Assembly: GCA_963789955.1 (NCBI GenBank)
Contig: CAWBMV010000006.1
Coordinates: forward strand, 384,001 to 448,000
Direction of reading: 5' to 3'
Length of the DNA: 64,000 nt
Source: an uncultured Candidatus Rokubacteria bacterium
GTDB taxonomy: Bacteria; Methylomirabilota; Methylomirabilia; Rokubacteriales; CSP1-6
Of this stretch, positions 33,105-43,597 are shown piece after piece. The notes beneath the pieces are model-generated. The model had not been told where the DNA came from. It saw nothing but the letters and a program-made list of their open reading frames with translations, and ran no database searches. How positions within the stretch are numbered: the stretch's first letter is position 1; each line of letters begins with the position of its first letter. Made by a program: the position numbers and the translations under genes.

Positions 33105-33802
33105 TGGCGCTGCTCAGCGACCCCGAATTCTGGATCCGGTTACTGGGTATCGGTGTGTTGAACCTCCTCCTTTCGGGCGACAACGCCCTGGTCATCGCGC
33201 TGGCGGTGCGCGCGCTGCCGAAGCGAAAGCGGGTGCAGGGGCAGGTCTGGGGCGCGGTCGGCGCGGTCGTCCTCCGTCTGATCTTCGTGGGGATCGTCAG
33301 CGTGCTGTTGAGAATCCCGCTGCTCCAGCTGGTCGGCGGGCTCCTGCTCGTGTGGATCGCGGTCAGGCTCGTCCGGCCGGAGACCGGCGGCGACAACCAG
33401 GTCCGGCGGGGCGCGTCCTTGTGGGAGGCGATCTGGATCATCATCGTGGCCGACGTGACGATGAGCCTCGACAACGTGCTCGCGATCGCGGCGACCGCCC
33501 ACGGTGATTTCCTCCTCGTGATGTTCGGCATCGGCCTCTCGCTGCCGATCGTCATCTGGGGCGCCGGGCTCCTGGCGATCCTCATGAACCGCTTCACGTG
33601 GATCGTCTGGCTGGGCGGCGGCCTGCTCGGCTACGTCGCGGGCGAGATGGTGATCGGCGACCCGCTCGTGCAGCGCTGGCTCGCAAACGGCGCGACGGTG
33701 CTCCGCTATGTCGTGCCCATCACCGTCGGCGTGGCGATCACGGGGCTCGGCTGGTGGCTCGGGCGCGGGCATCGCCACGCGCACGTGGCGGAGAATCTCT
33801 GA
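33104..33802 (+). CDS. TerC/YjbE family membrane protein
   Basis: LSGDNALVIA, ADVTMSLDNVLAIA. Confidence 0.9.
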   Translation: MALLSDPEFWIRLLGIGVLNLLLSGDNALVIALAVRALPKRKRVQGQVWGAVGAVVLRLIFVGIVSVLLRIPLLQLVGGLLLVWIAVRLVRPETGGDNQVRRGASLWEAIWIIIVADVTMSLDNVLAIAATAHGDFLLVMFGIGLSLPIVIWGAGLLAILMNRFTWIVWLGGGLLGYVAGEMVIGDPLVQRWLANGATVLRYVVPITVGVAITGLGWWLGRGHRHAHVAENL

Positions 33803-33809
33803 GGCGCCG

Positions 33810-34575
33810 ATGAGCGCGCCCGAGCGTCGGCGAACGGGGGATCAGGCCGTCGAGCTTGGACCGATCAAGTCGACGCGGATCTACGAGGAGATCGTCCGAC
33901 AGGTCAAGCAGCTGATCTCCGAAGGACGCTTCAAGAGCGGCGATCGGCTGCCCCCGGAGCGCGAGCTCGCCGAGAAGTTCGTCGTCAGCCGCACCTCGGT
34001 GCGCGAGGCCCTGCGCGCCCTGGAAAGCCTCGGCCTCATCGACATCCGACCGGGCGAGGGGACGTTCGTCCGCGAGGTGTCGATCGACGCGCTGATCGGT
34101 CCACTGGCCCTCGTGATGACCTCGCAGCGCGAAGCGATCGGCGAGCTCTTCGAGGCCCGTCGGGTGCTGGAGCCGGCCATTGCCGCGCTCGCGGCGAGCC
34201 GCGCGACGCCGGACGAGGTCCAGGAGATGGAGCGCATCCTCGAGGACCAGGCCCGGGAGATCGCCGAAGGGCGCACCGGGCTCGCGCAGGACGCGGCCTT
34301 TCACGCCGCGATCGGCACGGCCGCTCACAACCGGGCGATCACGCGGCTCGTGCACGCGATCATGGATCTCCTCACGCAAAGCCGCGAGGAGTCGATCAAC
34401 ACCCCGGGCCGACCTACGTCGCTCGCATCAGGACCACCGGCGCATCGTCCAGGCGATCGCGCGTCGCAATAGCGCCGCCGCGCGGCAGGCGATGCTCGAC
34501 CACCTGGTCGCCGTGGAGGCGCTCGTGCTCGGGCCGGCATCTCAGCGACCCCGAGGCGGGCGCTCGGGCGCTTGA
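33810..34575 (+). CDS. FadR-subfamily GntR regulator (frameshift near 34417)
   Basis: LPPERELAEKFVVSRTSVREAL plus FCD domain (D..FH, H..I, HL). Confidence 0.9.
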
Positions 34576-34600
34576 CCGGGTCGGTGTCGCCCCGTATACT
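34572..34600 (+). promoter_or_regulatory. sigma70 promoter of the leader/ppdK-ilv operon
   Basis: TTGACC(34572-34577)-17 bp-TATACT(34595-34600). Confidence 0.8.
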
Positions 34601-34607
34601 CCGCGTC

Positions 34608-34691
34608 GTGATTCACACGACGTCGCGAGTACCGCTTCTGGGCCTGATTCTGCTGGTACTGCCAGCCCTGCCTGGAGCATCCGCGACGTAG
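34608..34691 (+). CDS. Leu/Ile/Val-rich attenuator leader peptide (27 aa)
   Basis: GTG..TAG = MIHTTSRVPLLGLILLVLPALPGASAT; 7 Leu, 2 Ile, 2 Val; uses CTT/ATT/GTA codons that are uncommon in this GC-rich DNA. Confidence 0.75.
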   Translation: MIHTTSRVPLLGLILLVLPALPGASAT

Positions 34692-34742
34692 ACCGACAAC
34701 GGATGCCACGGGCGGGGGACGGCCCGTGGCGACTGAAACCTC

Positions 34743-34780
34743 AAAGGCCACGGGTCGACGACCCGTGGCCTTTCGTGTTT
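34743..34780 (+). terminator. attenuator terminator hairpin
   Basis: AAAGGCCACGGGTCG-A-CGACCCGTGGCCTTT followed by CGTGTTT. Confidence 0.85.
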
Positions 34781-34926
34781 GTGGGACCGCACTCCAGGAA
34801 GGCGGGCGAAAGGCGAATGAGAGCAGGCGCGGCGTGGTAACGAGCGGTAGAATAATTGACACTGGTGCTCGTTATCCACTAACATCACAAGACTTTTTTG
34901 GTCATCGGGGACGGAGACCCGCGCCT

Positions 34927-37638
34927 ATGACGAAATACGTCTACTTCTTCGGTGGGGGCCGTGCCGAAGGCTCCTCGGTCATGCGGAACCTGCTCGGTGG
35001 TAAAGGCTGCGAACTCGCGGAGATGACCAATCTCGGAATTCCCGTCCCGCCAGGATTCACCGTGACGACGCAAGCTTGGGCCCACTACAACCGATCGGGC
35101 CACGAGTGGCCCGAGGAGCTGTGGGACCAGACGCTCGAGAACCTCCAGCGACTCGAGGGTGCCGCGGACGCCGGCTTCGGCGACCCCAAGCGTCCCCTCC
35201 TGGTGTCGGTCCGCTCGGGCGCCCGCGTGTCGATGCCCGGGATGATGGAGACCATCCTCAATCTCGGTTTGAACGACGCGACCGTCGAGGGACTGGCGGC
35301 GCGCACGCGCAACGAGCGATTCGCGTGGGACTGCTACCGGCGCTTCGTCATGATGTTCGGCGACGTCGTCCTCGGCGTGCGGCGTGAGGTCTTCGACGCC
35401 GAGCTCAACGCGACGAAGTCGCGTCTCGGCGTCAAGAGCGACCCCGAGGTGCCGGCCGCCGAGCTCCGAAAGCTGACCGACGTCTTCAAGAGCATCATCA
35501 GCGAGCGGACGGGCCGTCCGTTCCCGGAGGACGTGAAGGATCAGCTGAGGCTGGCCATCAACGCCGTGTTCGATTCGTGGTTCGCGAAGAAGGCCACCGA
35601 GTATCGGCGCATCCACAACGTCCCGGAGGAGTGGGGCACCGCGGTCACCGTGATGTCCATGGTCTTCGGGAATCTCGGCGAGACCTCCGGCACCGGCGTC
35701 GGCTTCACGCGCGATCCCAGGACGGGCGAGCCGCGCTTCTACGCCGAGTTCTTGCCGAACGCCCAGGGTGAGGACGTCGTGGCGGGTATCCGCACGCCGC
35801 TCCCGATCGAGGCGCTACACCAGCGGATGCCGGCGATCTACGACGAGGTTCTCGAGATCGCGGGACGCCTCGAGCGCCACTACAAGGACATGCAGGACAT
35901 CGAGTTCACCGTGCAGGAGGGTAAGCTCTACCTCTTGCAGACGCGCGCGGGCAAGCGCTCGGCGCGCGCCGCCGTCAAGGTGGCTCGCGACCTGGTGAAC
36001 GAGCACGTGATCGACCAGCACACCGCCTTGCTCCGGGTGCGGCCGCAGGAAGTGAACGAGGCGATCCGACCCATCTTCGACGACCGGGACAAGGCCGCGG
36101 CGATCGACAAGGGGCGGCTCCTGGCCCGCGGGCTCCCCGCAGCCCCGGGCGCAGCAGTCGGCAAGGCGGTCTTCGACGCCGATCGCGCGGTGGAGTGGGC
36201 GCGCGCGAACGAGAAGGTCATCCTCGTTCGTCCGGAGACCTCGCCGGAGGACGTGGCGGGCATGTACGCCGCGGAAGGCATCGTCACCGCGCGGGGCGGC
36301 CGGACGTCGCACGCGGCCGTCGTCGCGGTCGGGATGGGCAAGGCCTGCGTGGTCGGCGCCTCGGAAATCGCCGTGGACGAGCACCGCCGTGTCTTCGAAG
36401 TGGGTGGTCGCATCGTCCGGGAGGGTGACTGGATCTCCGTCGACGGCGGATCCGGCGAGGTCCTTCTCGACGCCATCAAAACTGTCGAAGGCGAGCTCGG
36501 CGACGAGGTCAAGGAGCTCCTGGCCTGGGCGGACCGCTATCGCACGGAAGGGCTCGGCGTGCGGGCCAACGCCGATACCCCGCTCGACGCCCAGCGCGCC
36601 CGTGAGTTCGGCGCCGAAGGCATCGGGCTCGTCCGCACCGAACACATGTTCTTCGCGCCCGATCGGATTCCGATCGTCCGCGAGATGATCATGGCCGCCG
36701 ACCAGTCGACGCGCCGCATCGCGCTCGAGAAGCTCCGGCCGTTCCAGCGCGACGACTTCATCGGGATCTTCCGCGCCATGGACGGGTTGCCGGTGACGAT
36801 TCGTCTCCTCGATCCGCCGCTCCACGAGTTCCTGCCGAACCACAAGGAGTACAAGGAGCTCATCGAGACGCGGAGCCGACTCGAAGCGCTCGGGATCAAT
36901 CCCGAGGAGCAGGCCCGGCTCGAGGCGCTCATCGCCAACGTCGAGAAGCTGCGGGAAGCCAACCCGATGCTCGGCCATCGCGGCTGCCGGCTCGGCATCA
37001 CGCATCCGGAGATCTACGGCATGCAGGTGCGGGCCATCATGGAAGCCGCCTGCATGGTCGCCGAGCAGGGCGTCCACGCCGAGCCCGAGATCATGATCCC
37101 GCTCACCGGGACCGTCGGCGAGATGAAGGAGACCTTCCAGCAGACCAAGCGAGTCGCCGACGGCGTCATCGCCGAGACCGGCGTGGCCGTGAAGTATCTG
37201 ATCGGGACGATGATCGAGGTGCCGCGCGCGGCGCTGATCGCCGCGCAGATCGCCGAGTTCGCCGAGTTCTTCTCGTTCGGCACCAACGACCTGACCCAGC
37301 TCACCTACGGCTACAGCCGGGACGACGTCGCGAAGTTCTTGCCGAAGTACCTGGACATGGGCCTGGTCCCGCACGATCCCTTCTCGGTCCTCGACCAGGA
37401 GGGGGTCGGCGAGATGATCAAGATCGGCATCGAGCGGGGACGGAGCCGCCGGCCGAATCTGAAGATCGGGATCTGCGGCGAGCACGGCGGCGAGGCCTCG
37501 TCGGTCGAGTTCTGCCACCGCGTGAAAATGACGTACGTGTCGTGCTCGCCGTACCTCATTCCAGGCGCGCGGCTCGCGGCGGCGCAGGCACGAATCAAGG
37601 AGCGGCAGGTGGGGGGCAGCGGCGATTACCGTGTGTAG
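34927..37638 (+). CDS. ppdK: pyruvate, phosphate dikinase
   Basis: LLGGKG, LVSVRSGA, GGRTSHAAVVA, SFGTNDLTQ, GICGEHGG. Confidence 0.97.
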   Translation: MTKYVYFFGGGRAEGSSVMRNLLGGKGCELAEMTNLGIPVPPGFTVTTQAWAHYNRSGHEWPEELWDQTLENLQRLEGAADAGFGDPKRPLLVSVRSGARVSMPGMMETILNLGLNDATVEGLAARTRNERFAWDCYRRFVMMFGDVVLGVRREVFDAELNATKSRLGVKSDPEVPAAELRKLTDVFKSIISERTGRPFPEDVKDQLRLAINAVFDSWFAKKATEYRRIHNVPEEWGTAVTVMSMVFGNLGETSGTGVGFTRDPRTGEPRFYAEFLPNAQGEDVVAGIRTPLPIEALHQRMPAIYDEVLEIAGRLERHYKDMQDIEFTVQEGKLYLLQTRAGKRSARAAVKVARDLVNEHVIDQHTALLRVRPQEVNEAIRPIFDDRDKAAAIDKGRLLARGLPAAPGAAVGKAVFDADRAVEWARANEKVILVRPETSPEDVAGMYAAEGIVTARGGRTSHAAVVAVGMGKACVVGASEIAVDEHRRVFEVGGRIVREGDWISVDGGSGEVLLDAIKTVEGELGDEVKELLAWADRYRTEGLGVRANADTPLDAQRAREFGAEGIGLVRTEHMFFAPDRIPIVREMIMAADQSTRRIALEKLRPFQRDDFIGIFRAMDGLPVTIRLLDPPLHEFLPNHKEYKELIETRSRLEALGINPEEQARLEALIANVEKLREANPMLGHRGCRLGITHPEIYGMQVRAIMEAACMVAEQGVHAEPEIMIPLTGTVGEMKETFQQTKRVADGVIAETGVAVKYLIGTMIEVPRAALIAAQIAEFAEFFSFGTNDLTQLTYGYSRDDVAKFLPKYLDMGLVPHDPFSVLDQEGVGEMIKIGIERGRSRRPNLKIGICGEHGGEASSVEFCHRVKMTYVSCSPYLIPGARLAAAQARIKERQVGGSGDYRV

Positions 37639-37663
37639 CGTTCGACTCGAGGAGGAACGCGAA

Positions 37664-39419
37664 GTGAGAATGTCCGGGGCTCGGATTCTTCTGGAGTGTC
37701 TGAAGCGTCAGGGAGTCGACTTGATCTTCGGCCTGCCGGGCGGCGCGGTCCTCCCCATCTACGACGTCCTGTACGACTTCGAAGGCCTGCGCCACATCCT
37801 GGTACGCCAGGAAGCCGCCGCCGGACACGCGGCGGAAGGCTATGCGCGGACCTCGGGCAAGGTGGGCGTCTGTCTCGTCACGTCGGGCCCCGCCGCGACA
37901 AATCTAGTGACCGCGCTGCAGGACGCGCTGATGGACTCGATCCCGATCGTCGCGTTCACCGGTCAGGTGCCCACGCACCTCATCGGCAACGACGCGTTCC
38001 AGGAGGCGGACAACGTCGGGATCACGCGTTCGTGCACGAAGCACAACTTCCTCGTGAAGGACGGCAACGACCTCGGGCCGATCATCCGGGAGGCGTTTCA
38101 CATCGCCTCGACCGGGCGCCCGGGGCCCGTCCACGTGGACCTGCCGAAGGACATCCTCGTCAAGGAATGGGACCTCATCTGGCCCGAGCACGTCCAGATG
38201 CGCTCCTACAACCCGAACTACGACGGCCATCCCGGCCAGATCAAGCGCGCGGCGAAGCTGCTGGCGCGCGCGAAGAAGCCCGTGCTCTACGTCGGCGGCG
38301 GTGTGATCTCGTCCGACGCGAGCGCCGAGCTGCGGGAGCTCGCCGAGCTCGGGCAGTTCCCCCTGACGCAGACGCTCGATGGGACTCGGCGCGTTTCCGA
38401 TGGAGCATCCGCTCTCGCTCGACATGCTGGGCATGCACGGGAGCTACTACGCGAACATGGCGGTCCACCACTCGGACGTGCTGGTCGCCATCGGGGCGCG
38501 GTTCGACGACCGGGTGACCGGCAGGGTCGACGCGTTCGCGCCCAACGCCGAGATCATCCACATCGACATCGATCCGTCCTCGATCTCGAAGAATCTCAAG
38601 GTCGACGTGCCGATCGTCGGTGACTGCCGGCGGGTTCTCGCCAAGCTGGTCGACGCGCTTCGCGAGGAGCTGAAGGACGAGCCGGCGCCGGCGGTCCGCG
38701 AGGGGCGGCGTCAGTGGGCGGCCCAGGTCGCCCAGTGGAAGCACGACGTCCCGTTCTCGTACGAGTGGAGCGACGACGTCGTCAAGCCCCAGTACGTCAT
38801 GCAGGAGATCTCCAACGCGACCAACGGTGAGGCCTTCATCGTCACCGGCGTCGGCCAGCATCAGATGTGGGCGGCGCAGTACTACAAGTTCAAGCACCCG
38901 CGGATGTGGTGCACCTCCGGCGGTCTCGGCACGATGGGCTATGGGCTGCCCACCGCGATGGGCGTCCAGGCGGCCAACCCGGGCAAGCTCGTCATCAACA
39001 TCGACGGCGACGGGTCCTTCCAGATGAACAGCCAGGAGCTCGCCACCTGCTTCGCCGAGGGTCTGCCGGTCAAGACCGTGATCATCAACAACGGCGGCCA
39101 CGGGATGGTCCGGCAGTGGCAGCGGATCATCTACAAGGAGCGTTACTCCGCGATCGACCTGCCGCAGATCCCGGACTGGGTGCGGCTGGCCGAGGCGTAC
39201 GGCTGCGTGGGGCTGCGCGTGACGAAGCCCAGCGAGCTCGTGCCGGCGATCGAGAAGATGATCGCGACACCCGCGCCGGTGATCCTCGACGTGTGCGTCG
39301 ACAAGGACGAGTGCGTGTTCCCGATGGTGCCGGCCGGCGGCGCCAACACCGACATGATCCTGGCGCCGCCCACCCGCGAGGTGCGGGACAAGGCCGCCAA
39401 GTCGCAGACGGGGTTCTGA
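37664..39419 (+). CDS. ilvB: acetolactate synthase large subunit (frameshift near 38378)
   Basis: [30 protein letters not shown]. Confidence 0.95.
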
Positions 39420-39997
39420 TGCAAAACGGGAACGAGCCGCGCAAGCACACGATCTCGGTCATGGTCGAGAACAAGTTCGGCGTCCTGTCCCGGGTCGCCG
39501 GGCTCTTCTCGGCGCGCGGCTACAACATCGAGAGCCTGTCGGTGGGCGAGACCCTCGACCCGTCGGTGTCGCGCATGACGCTCGTCGTGCGCGGCGACGA
39601 GTTCGTCATCGAGCAGGTGACCAAGCAGCTGCACAAGCTCATCGACGTGATCAAGGTGACCGACCTGACCGACGAGGGTCACGTCGAGCGCGAGCTGGTG
39701 CTCATCCGCGTGAACGCCGAGCCGGCGAACCGGGCGGAAATCTTGAGAACCGCCGAGATCTTCCGGGCGCGGGTCGTCGACGTCACGCCGGTCTCGTTCG
39801 TCCTGGAGGCCACCGGGGACGAGGGCAAGCTCGAGGCGCTGATCGAGCTGCTGCGGCCGATCGGCATCCAGGAGCTCGTCCGGACGGGAAAGGTCGCCAT
39901 CGCGCGCGGCCCGAAGACACGCGTGCGCCGCGTCGAGGCACCGAGGAAGCAGCCGCGCGTCGCGGAAGACCCGAAGGTGGTCGGCTTCGCCGACTAG
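39419..39997 (+). CDS. ilvN: acetolactate synthase small subunit
   Basis: [27 protein letters not shown] domain. Confidence 0.95.
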   Translation: MQNGNEPRKHTISVMVENKFGVLSRVAGLFSARGYNIESLSVGETLDPSVSRMTLVVRGDEFVIEQVTKQLHKLIDVIKVTDLTDEGHVERELVLIRVNAEPANRAEILRTAEIFRARVVDVTPVSFVLEATGDEGKLEALIELLRPIGIQELVRTGKVAIARGPKTRVRRVEAPRKQPRVAEDPKVVGFAD

Positions 39998-40028
39998 ACC
40001 CACCACTCACCGAAGGAGAGAACACGAG

Positions 40029-41036
40029 ATGCCCGCCAAGATCTACTACGACCAGGACGCCGATCTCGGCCTGCTGAAGGGCCGGAAGATCGCGATCATC
40101 GGCTATGGCAGCCAGGGCCACGCGCACGCGCTGAACCTCAAGGACTCGGGCCAGGACGTCGTCGTCGGACTCTACAAGGGCTCGAAGAGCTGGGCGAAGG
40201 CCGAGAAGGAAGGGCTCAAGGTCGCGACCGTCAACGAGGCCGCGCAGATGGCCGACGTGATCATGATCCTGCTGCCCGACCAGAGCCAGCGCCACGTGTT
40301 CGAGACCGAGATCAAGGGCGGCCTCGGCAAGGGCAAGATGGTCATGTTCGCGCACGGCTTCAACATCCACTTCAATCAGGTGGTCCCGCCGCCCGAGGTC
40401 GACGTCACCATGATCGCGCCCAAGGCCCCGGGCCACGTCATGCGCGACCTCTTCACGCAGGGCCCGGGCGTCCCGGCGCTGCTCGCCGTGTACCAGGACG
40501 TCTCCGGCAAGGCTCGCGACCTCGGCCTCGCGTACGGCAAGGGCGTGGGCTGCACCCGCGCGGGCGTGATCGAGACGACCTTCAAGGAAGAGACGGAGAC
40601 CGACCTGTTCGGCGAACAGACGACGCTCTGCGGCGGCATCTCGCATCTGATCAAGGCCGCCTACGAGACGCTCGTCGAGGCCGGGTATCAGCCGGAGGTC
40701 GCCTACTTCGAGTGCATGCACGAGATGAAGCTGATCGTCGACCTCTTCTACCAGGGCGGGCTCGCGTACATGCGCTACTCGGTCTCGGATACGGCCGAGT
40801 ACGGTGACTACACGCGCGGACCGCGCGTCGTCAGCGACGAGACGAAGGCCGAGATGAAGAAGATTCTCAGCGAAATCCAGTCCGGCCAGTTCGCGCGCGA
40901 GTGGGTGCTGGAGAACCAGGCCAACCGCGCCGGCTTCCTCGCGATGCGGCGGCGTGACGCCGAGCATCCGATCGAGGAGGTTGGCAAGCGCCTGCGGTCG
41001 ATGATGGCGTGGATCGCGCCCCCGCGGATGGGCTGA
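40029..41036 (+). CDS. ilvC: ketol-acid reductoisomerase
   Basis: [25 protein letters not shown]. Confidence 0.97.
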   Translation: MPAKIYYDQDADLGLLKGRKIAIIGYGSQGHAHALNLKDSGQDVVVGLYKGSKSWAKAEKEGLKVATVNEAAQMADVIMILLPDQSQRHVFETEIKGGLGKGKMVMFAHGFNIHFNQVVPPPEVDVTMIAPKAPGHVMRDLFTQGPGVPALLAVYQDVSGKARDLGLAYGKGVGCTRAGVIETTFKEETETDLFGEQTTLCGGISHLIKAAYETLVEAGYQPEVAYFECMHEMKLIVDLFYQGGLAYMRYSVSDTAEYGDYTRGPRVVSDETKAEMKKILSEIQSGQFAREWVLENQANRAGFLAMRRRDAEHPIEEVGKRLRSMMAWIAPPRMG

Positions 41037-41666
41037 TGTCGAAGCTTCCCGTCGCGCGCGAGGGCTGGCCGTTCATCGCGATTCCGGCGGCGATCGCCGC
41101 CGGACTCGCGCTCGGCGGCCGGCGAGTCCTCGCAGTGCCCTTCGCGGCGGCGGCCCTGGCCTCTCTGGGATTCTTCCGCGACCCGGAACGAGACAGCCCG
41201 GCCCTCCCCGGCGTCGTGCTGTCGCCGGCCGACGGCCGGGTGATGTCCGTCGAAGAGGTCGACGACCCATTCGTGGGCCCGTCGGTGCGCGTGGCGACGT
41301 TTCTCTCGCCGCTCGATGTCCACGTCAACCGCTCGCCCATCGCCGGCCTCGTGGTCAAGGTCACGTACTCGCGGGGCCGCTTCCTGGCCGCCTACCAGCC
41401 GGAGGCGGGGCAGGTGAACGAGCGATGCGTCGTGAATCTCCAGGGGGATAGCTCGCGGATCACGGTGGTCCAGATCGCGGGCGTGGTGGCGCGACGTATC
41501 GTCTGCCGCGTCGGACGCGGGCGACAAGCTGGCGGCGGGCGAACGCTTCGGGTTGATCCGCTTCGGCTCGCGCACCGACTGCTATATGCCGCGCGGTACC
41601 CACGTCACCGTACAGGCGGGCGACCGGGTCACGGGCGGCGTCACCGTCCTGGGGACCTCGGCGTGA
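41036..41666 (+). CDS. psd: phosphatidylserine decarboxylase (frameshift near 41515)
   Basis: FFRDPER, SPADG, DVHVNRSP, RFGSRTD cleavage motif. Confidence 0.9.
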
Positions 41667-42451
41667 TCCGGCGCGCCAAGGGGTCTCGGCGGCGGCGCTG
41701 GCACGAGCTTCGAGAGAAGCGCGGGCGCGGCATCGTCCTGCTGCCGAGCCTCCTGACGACCGGCAATCTGTTCTGTGGCTTCTTCGCGCTCCTGCTCACG
41801 GTCGACGGGCGGTTCTCCGACGCGGCGCTGGCGATCTTCGTCGCGATGGTCATGGATCTGCTCGACGGCCGCGTCGCGCGGCTGATGAAGGCCACGAGCC
41901 AGTTCGGCGTCGAGTTCGACTCGCTGGCCGACGTCGTCTCCTTCTGCGTGGCGCCCGCGTTCCTCATGTATTCCTTCGCGCTGAAGGATCTGAGCCGCCC
42001 GGCGTGGTTCGGCGCCTTTCTGTTCGTGATCTGCGGCGCCCTGCGACTCGCGCGCTTCAACGTCCAGACCGGCACGGTCGATCGGCGCTTCTTCATCGGG
42101 CTCAGCACGCCGGCCGCCGCCGGAGTCGTGGCCTCCAGTGTGGTGCTGCTCGGTGACGAGCCCCCGGAGCGATGGGCGCAGATCGCCCTCGCGGTCGCGG
42201 CCGGCGTGCTGGCCCTGCTCATGGTCTCCACGTTCCGCTACTGGAGCTTCAAGGAGGTCGACTTCGTGCGGCGCCGACCCGTGCAGTCGCTCCTGGTCGT
42301 CGTCCTGTCCATCATGATCGTGGCCACCAAGCACGACGTGTTCCTCTTCGCGCTCTTCACCGGCTACGCCGTCTCGGGGCCGGTGCGGCGGGTGCTCGTG
42401 GGGCGTACGCTCTCGGCGCCGGCCGAGCTGACCAGTAAGGAATCGTCGTAG
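41663..42451 (+). CDS. pssA: CDP-diacylglycerol-serine O-phosphatidyltransferase
   Basis: DLLDGRVAR..FGVEFDSLAD, LRLARFN. Confidence 0.92.
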   Translation: MIRRAKGSRRRRWHELREKRGRGIVLLPSLLTTGNLFCGFFALLLTVDGRFSDAALAIFVAMVMDLLDGRVARLMKATSQFGVEFDSLADVVSFCVAPAFLMYSFALKDLSRPAWFGAFLFVICGALRLARFNVQTGTVDRRFFIGLSTPAAAGVVASSVVLLGDEPPERWAQIALAVAAGVLALLMVSTFRYWSFKEVDFVRRRPVQSLLVVVLSIMIVATKHDVFLFALFTGYAVSGPVRRVLVGRTLSAPAELTSKESS

Positions 42452-42511
42452 GAGAAGCTCAAGGAAGTCGGCCCCTCGATCGGGGCGGCTCAGAATTCTG
42501 GAGGCCAGGTC

Positions 42512-43597
42512 ATGGCGACGTATCGGATCGCGGTTCTACCGGGAGACGGGATCGGCCAGGAGGTCACGCCCGAGGCCGTTCGCGTGCTCGAGACGGTGGG
42601 CAAGGGCACGGGCACCGGGTTCGAGTTCGAACGCGGGCTCGTCGGCGGCGCGGCGATCGACGCGACGGGCAAGCCGCTGGCTCCGGGCACGCTCGAGCTC
42701 TGCCGCGGGGCGCACGCGATCCTCTTCGGCGCGGTCGGCGGGCCCAAGTGGGACGACGTGCCGCACGAGCAGCGGCCCGAGCGGGGCCTGCTGGCGATCC
42801 GCAAGGAGCTCGACCTCTACGCGAACCTGCGCCCGGCCAAGTGCTTCCCGATGCTCGTCGACGCCTCGCCGCTCAAGCGCGAGGTGGTCGAGGGTACCGA
42901 CCTGATGGTCATCCGCGAGCTGACGGGCGGGCTCTACTTCGGCGAGCCCCGGGGCGTCGAGCGCTTCGCGGACGGCGGCGCGCGCGCGATCAACACGATG
43001 GCCTACACCTCGCGCGAGGTCGAGCGCATCGCCCGGATCGGATTCGACGTCGCCCGCAAACGCCGCCATCGCCTCACCTCGGTCGACAAGGTGAACGTCC
43101 TGGTGGTGTCGCAGCTCTGGCGCGAGGTGGTGACCAAGGTCGGCCGCGAGTACCCGGATGTGACGCTCGACCATGTCCTGGTCGACAACTGCGCGATGGC
43201 CCTGGTCCACCGGCCGACGCAGTTCGACACGATTGTGACCGAGAACACCTTCGGTGATATTTTGTCGGATGAGGCCGCGATTCTGGCGGGATCGATGGGT
43301 ATGTTGCCGTCGGCGTCGCTCGGAGGATCGGTCGGGCTGTACGAGCCGGTGCACGGCACCGCCCCCGACATCGCCGGCAAGGGCATCGCCAACCCGATCG
43401 CGGCGATTCTGTCGGCGGCGATGCTCCTGCGGTATTCGCTCAGCATGGAGAAGGACGCCGACCGGATCGAGCACGCGGTGCTGCGGGTGCTCGAGCAGGG
43501 ACACCGCACGGCGGACATCGTCGCGCGGGGGACGAAGCCGGCCGGTACCCGGGAGATGGGAGACCTGATCGTGCGCGAGCTGGAGCGACAGTACTGA
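42512..43597 (+). CDS. leuB: 3-isopropylmalate dehydrogenase
   Basis: [36 protein letters not shown]. Confidence 0.95.
   Translation: MATYRIAVLPGDGIGQEVTPEAVRVLETVGKGTGTGFEFERGLVGGAAIDATGKPLAPGTLELCRGAHAILFGAVGGPKWDDVPHEQRPERGLLAIRKELDLYANLRPAKCFPMLVDASPLKREVVEGTDLMVIRELTGGLYFGEPRGVERFADGGARAINTMAYTSREVERIARIGFDVARKRRHRLTSVDKVNVLVVSQLWREVVTKVGREYPDVTLDHVLVDNCAMALVHRPTQFDTIVTENTFGDILSDEAAILAGSMGMLPSASLGGSVGLYEPVHGTAPDIAGKGIANPIAAILSAAMLLRYSLSMEKDADRIEHAVLRVLEQGHRTADIVARGTKPAGTREMGDLIVRELERQY

Noticed and set aside
32096..33802. TctA-TerC fusion (also psd-pssA 41009-42451 and ORF 21822-24284)
   Set aside because: Chance read-through of off-frame sequence; the separate genes have their own starts and stops
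37664..39419. Pseudogene or programmed frameshift calls for split genes such as ilvB
   Set aside because: No slippery-site pattern; breaks are scattered across unrelated genes, consistent with read errors
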